The notes beneath the pieces were generated by a model. The model made no database searches and was not told the origin of the DNA. It was given only the letters and a program-made list of their open reading frames with translations. From Eledone cirrhosa (Eukaryota), in the NCBI GenBank assembly GCA_964016885.1, contig OZ024741.1, positions 339,760,001-339,824,000 of the forward strand: a stretch of DNA of 64,000 nucleotides, given 5' to 3'. Below are positions 53,355 through 64,000 of this stretch, one piece after another. Each line of letters starts with the position of its first letter. Within the stretch, counting starts at the first letter, position 1. The translations under genes were made by a program, and so were the position numbers.

Positions 53355-53590
53355 ATATGTATGTATGTAAAAGGTAAACAAAATAACAACACAATCGGTA
53401 CACCTTATGGAAGGAATATATTAGGATAACGCTTGAAATAGCAGGAGGAGGGTCTTAACGTTTCGGACGTTAGTCCTTCACCAGAGGAAAGAATGAGAAA
53501 TGTTGAAGGGACGGGCGGGTGGAATTGTAAAAAATGGTTTTAGAGAAAAATAACAGATCCATTCATGTTGCCTTCTCTATCGGCAACATA
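53355..53590 (-). mobile_element. Second copy of the 36925 repeat with a minimal hammerhead at 53453-53488
   Basis: Reverse: tcct-CTGGTGA-aggactaacgtcc-GAAAC-GTT-aagaccctc. Confidence 0.72.
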
Positions 53591-54320
53591 AGTATTTGGT
53601 AGTATTGGTAGAGTGTATGGGAATGGGTATTCCGTCGGGTCAACTATGAGTAATCCATTTTTCCCTTCAAGTGAACTGTCTACTCATTGAAATTCGCATA
53701 GACACGTGTACCTTATTGTTAGGCAGAATCAGTATGATACTGTGTATAACATTGTTGGTTCTTCGTATTACAACTACAGTCCATATATGTGTCTTCAGAT
53801 ATACACAAATACAAATCTACCTGCTTGTTGCCTTATATTGTAAGTGGCTCAATATTCAACCGGTATTTGTGCAAATCCAGTTATTTTATGTTGGTTATGC
53901 AACACTGTTTGCATATCAGATTAACTCCATACAAATATTTCTTAAAACATCGTTTCTCAATGATATAAAAATATTTTCATAATAATATTCCTATATAATA
54001 TAAACTATATTTTAAATCTGCTTTTATTTATAACTAATCGCTTTCTAAAAAAAAAAATAATAATTAACAACTTTGCATGTGTCTTTCCGGATAAAAATAA
54101 CATTCTCCTTTTTTAAAACACCTCTTCAAAAACGTTTTCATTTCCTGTTGCTAGAAAAATTCAGGTTATTTAACTCAAATAAGTAACTGCTTTATTTGTT
54201 CGTCCCCCGAAATGAAATAACTTTCTGTTTATTTTTCTCTAAACATCGTTAGAAAAACCTCTCTTACTGTATTGGTTATGGTTCTTCTTTGGGACTTTCA
54301 TCATCCAAATGCTGAATCAA

Positions 54321-54386
54321 TACACTGACGATACTTTAGTACTATGTGCTAATACTGAAGTTGAAACGCGTTTAGACAATAATAAA
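54321..54386 (+). ncRNA. Minimal hammerhead motif with eroded stem I, followed by AATAAA
   Basis: CTGACGA-tactttagta...tactgaagtt-GAAAC-gcg-TT; palindrome aacgcgtt. Confidence 0.6.
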
Positions 54387-54450
54387 ATGATTTGCAGTAT
54401 CTCTTGGGTTGTCAATTATTTTTAAAATGTTATGCTCTGTATTCTTCCAC

Positions 54451-54725
54451 GGTGGAGGCACATGGCCTTAGTGGTAAGGGTGTTGGACTTACGATCATAA
54501 TGTCGTGGGTTCGATTTCTGGGTGGTATGTTGTGTTATTGAGCAGAACATTTCACGTTGCTCCAGTATATTCAGCTGAAAATGAGTACCAGCAATAGCAG
54601 GCAGTTTAACTCTGTGATGGACTGGCGTCCTGTCCATGGAGGTGGTCTTGTACTTTCAGTCGCTTCATACCATGAAACTGGGATAAACACCGGCCAAAGG
54701 AGCCTTCTGGTTTAAGACAGATTTT
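54451..54725 (+). mobile_element. tRNA-SINE family 2, near full length
   Basis: A box tggccttagtgg, B box ggttcgattt, central gatggactggcgtcctgtcca, 3' cgcttcataccatgaaactggg. Confidence 0.8.
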
Positions 54726-54859
54726 AGATACTTCCACAAGCGGTTATTATATCGAGTCTTTTAGCATCTGGTAAGAAACTGATATTATACACAATTTATT
54801 CATCTCCTATCGATCCTTTAAGACCTTCGCAGAGATACTCCCTTGATAATAGGTTTATA

Positions 54860-55070
54860 AACCAGACAATATTTGGGATGAATAAATTTGCTACGGTAAG
54901 ATTCCATTGTTATCTTGGCACATTTAATTTTCTAATGCATTGTATGGCTTTTAAGATTATCAAAATTTATATTTCCTATTCAACAATGTTTCAAGCAAAC
55001 TACAATTATTAAACAAAAAGGATGAACTGGTTACTGCGTGTAAACACAGAAGATATAGGACATATCTTAC
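54860..55070 (+). pseudogene. Decayed Penelope-like element GIY-YIG C-terminus
   Basis: LQLLNKKDELVTACKHRR resembles the LLN.RSEL...C.H.. end of Penelope/Poseidon ORFs; upstream IWD...PLLSWHI. Confidence 0.6.
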
Positions 55071-55263
55071 CTTCAAAACCCTCTCACGACCCAGCTGGGT
55101 AGAACTTTGGCTTTAATATCCTTCCCATTTACACACTAAGATAGAGGAAATACCAAGCATCCTTCGATAGAAATAGAATATTTTCATTATTGTAAACACT
55201 TCCTAAATACCCTTAGGTAAAAATAGGCAAACATTTTCCTTTTTGCGAAAATATAGTTCATAT

Positions 55264-55347
<84 letters not shown>

Positions 55348-55632
55348 ATATATATGTATATACATATACAATACATACATTCATACAAACATATCTCTCT
55401 CTCTCTCCCTCTCTCTCTCTCTCTATATATATATATACATATAATGATTTTCTGTCCTACGATTGAGCTCTTACAATTTCGATAGCAAGTGGGTAACTGC
55501 AGTCATTCACTTGTCTAAATTGCAGGAGCTCAAACGTTAGGTAGAAAACCATTATAATATCTACACTTTACTTTCTTAAGTATAGAGTACTAAGCTAATC
55601 GTCTTGCAGCTCTTTACTAGTAACATCCCAAC

Positions 55633-55692
<60 letters not shown>

Positions 55693-56127
55693 GTATTTAT
55701 CAGCCTATTGGACGCAATCTTTTTCAACAAAAACATAATCTTCCCTGTGTCCAATACGCTGGTATCACAGATGGGAGGCCGAACAGAACAATCATGGTTT
55801 GCATTACTATTAATATTACTAATACAACAATACAATACAATTTATATACGCAGCATGATATAAGAGTTTCTGAAAAAAAACAATGAAATAATTTTAAATA
55901 AATTTAAGAAGAAATGTACTAAAATTCATTTTTTTTATCAAAGTCTCCTTGTAAAGCGAAGGGGCGTCCTATACGAATGGGCTTCCAATAGGCTAGCAAA
56001 TACGGTATGTACATGGCAGCAATGATGAGGGACAGAGACCGCTGGAGAGAACTCGTCCATGGATCTCGGGAATTTTACCCACCCTATATATATCCTATAT
56101 ATATATATATCCTATATATATATATAC

Positions 56128-56158
<31 letters not shown>

Positions 56159-56176
56159 ATTTTTTTTTCTACTTTT

Positions 56177-56357
56177 GTTTCTACTTTTGGCACAAGGCCA
56201 CTAATTACCCAGTACATTACTGGTACTTTATTTTATCCACCCCGTAAGGATGAAAGGCAGAGTTAACGTCGGCGGGATTTGAACTCAGATCATAAAGGGA
56301 CGTAACTCTATGCTTCAAAGCATGGTGTCCGACTCTCTACCGATACTGCCAATCCAC
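56177..56357 (-). mobile_element. tRNA-SINE family 1
   Basis: Reverse: tggcagtatcggtagag (A box)...gagttcaaatccc (B box)...tttcatcctt.cgggg..gataaaataaagtaccag. Confidence 0.82.
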
Positions 56358-56448
56358 GGGTTAAATAATGACCTTATTCGAGTGGCACCGGTAAGGTATT
56401 ATCAGCCACTGAAAAGAACCCTAGACACACACACACACACACACACAT

Positions 56449-56496
<48 letters not shown>

Positions 56497-56623
56497 ATAT
56501 ATCCATATATATATATCTGATTGTTGATTATTTAATTAATTAATTCGTCATTGAGCCACACCGTGAATGGTTGCCAAAAACACATATATATATATCTATG
56601 GCTCTGTCTAGTTTATGTATATG

Positions 56624-56729
<106 letters not shown>

Positions 56730-56812
56730 TCAGTTGTTGAAAGTTGGTTGATATACATTGGAATTATTTAATAAAATGAAGATTCACGAATAAAACCGTC
56801 TCACTTATTTAT

Positions 56813-56845
<33 letters not shown>

Positions 56846-56846
56846 A

Positions 56847-56877
<31 letters not shown>

Positions 56878-56923
56878 GTACAAAAAATAACAACGGAATA
56901 CAAAAAACAACAACGGATTTACT

Positions 56924-57058
<135 letters not shown>

Positions 57059-57305
57059 TATGTGCTCGTAAATTTTAAAATGGCTAACTCTTACCTTGAT
57101 GATCCTGTGACCCTATTTAGTTATCCGGTTTAGTAAAATCTTCATTTCCTGTGAAAGAACTTCAGTTTGATGTTCATTCGTAATAACTATGTATATATGT
57201 GTGTATTTGTGTGTGGTCTAAAGTGTGTATGTGGATGTATGTGTTTATATGTATGTTTGTGTGTACGTGTGCTTATGTGTATGCATGTATGTATGCACGT
57301 ATTTC

Positions 57306-57346
<41 letters not shown>

Positions 57347-57540
57347 GTTTTAATTTCTCCCCAATATGAACCGAGTCCGTTAGTCATCTCCAAACGAGGC
57401 TCTTTCATTGGAATTTAGACAACATAAACTAGGTAATACTGTATGGCTGTTAGTATGTATGTGTGTAACTATCAATATCATTGCATCTGTGGATCTATCT
57501 GATTTGAATTACATATATATACACACATACGTATATCTAG

Positions 57541-57573
<33 letters not shown>

Positions 57574-58299
57574 TGTATGTATGTATGTATGTATGTATGT
57601 ATGTATGTATGTATGTATGCATGTATGTATGTAAGTCACAAGTGTAGTGTTTGTACCAGAGTTTTCAAGTCGTTGGCTGGACTAAAAAGTCACACTTGTT
57701 CAGCGCATCGGTAGGGGTTCTCCTACATGGATATAAAGTAGTGGCCGTACTTGAAAACGAGTTGGCAGCCACCATGTATGTATGTATGTATGTATGTATG
57801 TATGTATGTATCTATCTATCTATGTATGTTTATGTGTATGTATATATGATTGAAAGTATATATGTGTGTATGTATGTATATGTGTATGATTATATTATTG
57901 AAAGTATATATGTATGCAGGTATATAAGTACGTATGTATGTGTGCAGATGTAGAAATTCCTGTGCTTCTGCACATATATGTATGTGAAATTACTTTAAAA
58001 GTGATTTCTAGAGTGTTTAAATTTAAATTCATTAATAGCTTGTCTATTTGTATGTATGTATGTATGTATGTATGTATGTATGTATGTATGTATGTATGTA
58101 TGTATGTGTGTATGTATGTATGTATGTATGTATGTATGTATGTATGTAGGTATGTATGTATGCATGTATGCATGAATGTATGTATGTATATATGTATGTA
58201 TGATTGTATGTAGGTATGTGTGTATGTATGTGTGCATGTAGGTATGTATGTATGTGTATGAACGGATATACGTGTGTGATCGTGGCGGTTGGGGCGATT

Positions 58300-58910
58300 G
58301 TAATGGTAGTGGTGGTAGGTGTCGGTGGTAGTGGTGGTAGTGGTGGTAGGTGTCGGTGGCGCCGGTGGCGCTGGTGGTAGTGGTGGTAGTGGTGGTAGTG
58401 GTGGTAGGTGTCGGTGGTAGTGGTGGTAGTGGTGGTAGGTGTCGGTGGCGTCGGTGGCGCTGGTGGTAGTGGTGGTAGGTGTCGGTGGCGTCGGTGGCGC
58501 TGGTGGTAGTGGTGGTAGTGGTGGTAGGTGTCGGTGGCGTCGGTGGCGCTGGTGGTAGTGGTGGTAGTGGTGGTAGTGGTGGTAGGTGTCGGTGGTAGTG
58601 GTGGTAGTGGTGGTAGGTGTCGGTGGTAGTGGTGGTAGTGGTGGTAGGTGTCGGTGGCGCTGGTGGTAGTGCTGGTAGTGGTGGTAGGTATCGGTGGCGC
58701 TGGTGGTAGTGGTGGTAGGTATCGGTGGCGCTGGTGGTAGAGGTGGTAGGTGTCGGTGGCGCTGGTGGTAGTGCTGGTAGGTGTCGGTGGCGCTGGTGGT
58801 AGTGCTGGTAGTGGTGGTAAGTATCGGTGGCGCTGGTGGTAGTGTTGATCTTGTTGGTGACTTGACTTCGGTGGCGGTGTTGGCGGTGGCGGTGGTGTTG
58901 GTGGTGGCGG
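58300..58910. repeat. (GGTGGTAGT / GGTGTCGGTGGCGCT)n compound repeat
   Basis: Direct inspection. Confidence 0.92.
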
Positions 58911-59531
58911 TGGATTGTAAAGTTCAATTTATTTGTAAATTATTGTATAGATTTGTGTAAGTGTATATGTATGTGGGACAACACTTTGAGGGCGGGGCTT
59001 GAGAGATGTGTATGTTTGTGGAGGGGGCCTGTAGGTATGAGAAAGAAGAACATCCGTGTAGAAAGTGTCTGCCAAGGATCAAGACTGATCCCCCATCCCT
59101 CACCCCACCCCCACTCATGCATCTCTGCTTTGTTTTTTGTATAACACAATAGAGAATACAACTATTAGACTGCTCTCACTGGTGGTGGTTGTCATGTGGT
59201 GGTGGTGTAGGTGCTAGTGTTGGATTGTGTTGGTGTTGGTGGCAGATGTGGTGTTGTTTGTGTTGGTGATAGGTGTTGTGGTGGTAGTCATGATGGAGGT
59301 GGAGGTCTGTTAGCGGTGAAGGTGAAGGTGGTGGTTGTAGTTGTCGAGGCGGTAATGGTGATGTGGTAGGCAATGAGTGATAGTTAGTAGTAGTATTGAG
59401 AATGGTAGTAATATTATTCATGTTAGTGGTGTTGATGTTGGACACATCGCGCTGCCTGGACATTATGATCGTGGGCCGAACACCATAACTACTAATCCCC
59501 GCACATTCACACACACACACACGAACACTCA

Positions 59532-59576
<45 letters not shown>

Positions 59577-59899
59577 AAAGGATAACAAGGACGATTGATT
59601 ATTCCTTCATTGCATTTATTGATAGGTGACGCGCGTTTCGCCACTGATCAGCTCAAGGTTCGATCTATATCGATCCTACCCGACTCAATAATCGGCAGCT
59701 CGACGGACCCTCTTAGTAACTCCTAGTTACACCCCCTGGATATATATATATATATTTCTCTGGAGTTTCTCCTCTGATAAACAGGTGAATCTACAGAATA
59801 AAATGACTATTAAAACTCTACTTCGATATTGAGTACTCTTTCCTCTCAGCCGTCAACCACATACGGATATATATCTATACATGTGAGTGTGTGTGCATA

Positions 59900-60477
59900 T
59901 CTATATATATAAAACTGAGGATGTCTGTCTGTGTGTGTGAGTTTGAATCCCTAAAACTAGAGAAGCACACAACTGACTGTTTTCAAACTTTACACATGTA
60001 ATACTTATGTTTCAGGGAGTGTTCTGAGCAAAACAAACTTTAAATTTTCAATACCCTAGGGACCGCATTAGGCGATTTGGCGATCTCTCTCTATAATTCT
60101 TAGTCTTTCTCGTTTTAGATAGATACATACATATAACGTCGCGCCCTTATAATATCTGTCTGTATGTCTGGCTCACTGCATTACGCCACTTCCTACAATT
60201 CGCTCTGCGTCCAGAACGTGCCCCTATAATATCTGTCTGTCTGCTGCCTCCGGTTAATCTGCCACCCTTGCTCAAGACAAATCTCACACTCATTCCCCAA
60301 ACAGTTGGTAAGTGCACACAACTTCTTCCTCACGTTTTAAGCCACAGTGTTGCTTACTTACGTACCACCAGACCCTTACTTCTTTGCCAGCCGTGGTTGT
60401 GGCAATACTAAGCTTAGCTAAGGTGGTTATATATTTCACAATACCTTATCCCGTGCAACGCCGGGTACCACTGCTAG
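59900..60477 (+). mobile_element. Complete non-autonomous Helitron, 578 bp
   Basis: A|TCTATATATATAAAA...cccgtgcaacgccggg hairpin...CTAG|T, no TSD; 3' end similar to 39897-39927. Confidence 0.88.
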
Positions 60478-60489
60478 TATGTATGTATG

Positions 60490-60587
<98 letters not shown>

Positions 60588-60804
60588 TACCCGATGACTT
60601 TCTAAACAGTTTCTGTCGCGTAAATGCCATTTACAAGGTGGTGGTCAGTTGTAAGATCGTTCCCAGAACAGTGTTAGTACTAAGCCTACTTCTTGACCTC
60701 CCTGGAATTCTTCCTACCCATATGTAAATCACAATGAATGATATATCCTATAGTAAGCGAGAACAAAGCAAATCCAATTCAATACGAATAGCAAATTTGA
60801 CTTC

Positions 60805-60885
60805 ATTAGTATTTGAACTCAGAAGTTTGAAAGTCGTAATTAGATAGTGAAAGGCATTTTACCCGATACTCTACTGATACTGACA
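60805..60885 (-). mobile_element. tRNA-SINE family 1 head fragment
   Basis: atttgaactcaga...cgtaa...gcat...ccga.actctac.gatactg matches 56277-56350. Confidence 0.65.
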
Positions 60886-61324
60886 TTGATAGTAGAATAT
60901 GTTGGACAGATAAACATATACGGAGAGAAAAGAATGGACATGGTCGCATCTAAGATCCGAAATCAAATTTCCCGTATGCTGAGTGGCTGTATTAACATTA
61001 TACAAAAGCAACACTGACCAATATTAGAATAATAGTAATAGAATTTGTCTCCATCATCGGTGATGTTGCCAGATATGTTACATCTGAGCTGTTGTTGTTG
61101 TTAACCTTCGCTTATGCAGTCTTGTCATCATAATTATATTTGTTGTTGATGTTCTTTTGCGAGTAACTTATATAGGATGTGTTGTTGATTGTTAAGTGTT
61201 GGTCAGTTCATCTCTCCCTAGGAAGAAGCCAATGGTGAGAAGGGGCCGATGCAGTGGGTGTCGCTGACTGTTCTCCGCGATAGAGCCCATCTGACATGCT
61301 TCAAAATAGTTTACGTCAAGCTAA

Positions 61325-61460
61325 TGTCACTCACAATACTTGAGTCAATCCGATGCTATAGAAAATAACATGTGATCAATATACCAGGCAGTGGGATCGA
61401 ACCCGGAATATTATGATTGCGAAATGAAATGTTTAACCATTTGGTCATGCTACCACCATA
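61325..61460 (-). mobile_element. tRNA-SINE family 3
   Basis: Reverse: tgaccaaatggttaa...ccgggttcgatcccactgc...ctatagcatcgg...ttgtgagtg. Confidence 0.7.
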
Positions 61461-61751
61461 TATGCAATTTTTACTAATTATCATATATATGTTTGTCTTT
61501 ATCTTGTATATGTGTGTAAATGTGTATGTATGTGTATGTGCGTTTATGTGTGTGTGTGTGTGCGACTGTTGGGGGTTGGGTATGAAAGATGAATGGAGAA
61601 AGATGAATAGAGAAATATACATAGAAAGGTAGAGAGCGCAAAATCAAATTAAAATTTACAAATATAATACATTGTATGTATGGTCACATTTATCTACCTA
61701 GCTCTCCCAACTCCCCCTCTCTCTCTACACACACATATATATATATATATA

Positions 61752-61790
<39 letters not shown>

Positions 61791-63553
61791 ATGTCTATGA
61801 GTGTGTGTATACAATACACATAAATTTCTATCTAAAATATACCTGTATTGTTTTGTATCTATATATTTTAAACATGTATTAAGATCTAGACAAATGTTTG
61901 TACGTTGTTTTATCTATTCCTACAAATCGTCATATAGTAAGAGCATATATATGTATATACATGTGTGTGTGTGTGCGTGTGCGTGTGTGTGTGCGTGTGT
62001 GTGTACATATATGTTTAATATTTGTGTATATGATATATGTATTCATAAAAACATACATTCAATAATGTATGTATGGATGGATGGATATATGAATGTGCGT
62101 ATGTATGCGTATATATATATACATCTATGTGTACATATATACCGGTGTATGTATGTAATTATATATGTATGTATATATGTATACATATATGTATATATGG
62201 ATATATATATGTATGATTATATATATATGTATATATGTATATATGTATTTATGTATATGTATATATGCATTTTTATATATGCGTCTATATGTGCATATAT
62301 CGATGTATGTATGTATATATCTGTATATATATATATTCATGTATATATGTATGCATATATATATGTGTGTGTGTGTGTATTTATGTATGTGTATGTATAT
62401 ATGTATACATGTATATATCTATTTGTGTATATGTATATATGCATTTTTATATATGTGTCTATGTGTGCATATATCGATGTATGTATGTATGAGTATACAT
62501 ACATCTATGTATGCATATATCAATGTATATATATATATTTTACATATATTATTTTTTTACATACATGTCCATGTTAAATTGTACGTCATGATATATATTA
62601 TTTAATTTTTAGATAGCTATTTTTTTTATCTTTTGTCTTTATACGAAATAGAATTACATTTGGATTCTAGTTGAAGAAGACAGATGTTTTAATCCAAGCT
62701 AAAATGTTTTCTTTGAATGTGAAGAAATATGCGAAGAAAACAAAAACAATTAAGGAGAAGTAGTCCAAAATGGCGGAATTTATAAAATTACACAATAAAT
62801 ATCAAAACTACAATAATAATGAAACACAGAATGTGTGTGTATGTGTATATTTGTGTGTTTGGATGTGTATTTGTGTGTGTAAGCGTATGTGCTTGCATGT
62901 GTGTGTTTGTATAGATGTGTATGTGTGTTGGTTTCTATGTGTATTTGAGTGTGTAAGCGAATGTATTTGCATGTGTGTGTTCGTGCGCGTGTGTATGTGA
63001 GTGTTTGTGTGTGTGTTTGTATGTGTATTTGTGTGTGTAAGCGTATGTGTTTGTGTAAGTGTGTAAGGGTGTGTGTTCGTATGTGTGTGTGTTTGAATTC
63101 TTGTGTGTTTTGTATGTGCTAATGTGTGTCTTTGCGTGTGTGTGTTTGTATGTGTGCGTGTGCAGCTGTGTGTGTTTGTACCTCTGTGTGTTTGTGTGCG
63201 TGTGTATGTGTGTTTGAATATATCTTTATATCGTAAGTGTTTGTATGTGTGTTTGTGTATGTTTATGTGTGTCTGGGAGACACATAAGAAAACAATAGAA
63301 AGAACAAAAAAAGTAAAATGGCTGAAAAAGAAATCAGTTATTGATAGGTTGAACCGTTTGTTCTCTTAATCTCTGTTGTTTGTTTGGCTTTGTAACTTCT
63401 CTACATTGTTTTTTTGTTGAAAATGTTAATGGTATTTTGATTTGTTGTTGTTGCTGTGGTTGTGGTTGTGATGGTGGTATGGGATGGTGGTATGGGTGAC
63501 GGAGGATTCGTAGAGATAGCTGTAGCGATTATATATATACAAATATACATACT

Positions 63554-63601
<48 letters not shown>

Positions 63602-63622
63602 AACCCACACACATACATACAT

Positions 63623-63695
<73 letters not shown>

Positions 63696-64000
63696 TATAT
63701 ACACATATATGTACATCTATATATATACACATATATATGTACATTTGTGTGTGTGTGTGTCTGAATTCAGTGCATATGCATACATCATTGATATAGGGAA
63801 TGGGCAAACGCGATGAGAGAGTGAGAGAAAGAGAAAGAGAGACAGAGAAAGAAAGACAGAGAAGTAAAGAAAGAGAGATAGATAGAGGGAATGGAGGAGA
63901 GGGGTGAGTGTTTTAGAATCCAAAATTAATCAAGGCTGAGGCAGATGAGATGAGGCCTAAGAAATATCTTTACATGAAAGACTTTCATAATGGCCTCAGT

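Noticed and set aside
54451-54530. tRNA genes at SINE heads (also 40293, 56280, 61390)
   Set aside because: A/B boxes are present but no full cloverleaf, and each continues into a shared SINE body.
59770-59845. ctgataa...cgata motif as a hammerhead
   Set aside because: Both core halves are mutated and the stems do not pair convincingly.
63937-64000. Hairpin tgaggcc...ggcctca as another hammerhead
   Set aside because: No CUGANGA in register and the window ends before any GAAA/UH.

Overview
Repeat-rich animal genomic DNA with no host protein-coding gene I can support. The (TA)n/(TG)n/(TATG)n load and SINE types resemble a cephalopod (Octopus-like) genome; this is inference. Main contents: (i) a same-strand cluster of L1/Tx1-clade LINEs (1-1.7 kb, 5.1-10.76 kb, 10.76-16.8 kb), the last carrying an in-frame templated insertion of its own ORF1 zinc knuckle inside ORF2; (ii) an ~8 kb 72-bp satellite; (iii) a decayed RTE LINE with three C-terminal C2H2 fingers; (iv) a hAT transposase split by a 2.15 kb non-coding LTR element with an AATT TSD and an extended tRNA-Trp PBS; (v) Helitron pieces, tRNA-SINEs, a 93/95-bp minisatellite and several fold-backs. 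The most striking signal invisible to the ORF track is about a dozen type-I hammerhead-ribozyme-like motifs, intact to decayed and on both strands, in short islands between (TA)n runs. They include a 412-bp direct-repeat-bounded monomer and a 3-copy inverted-repeat family whose arms are built from the ribozyme, pointing to Penelope-like/retrozyme-type elements. All alignments and folds were done by eye.
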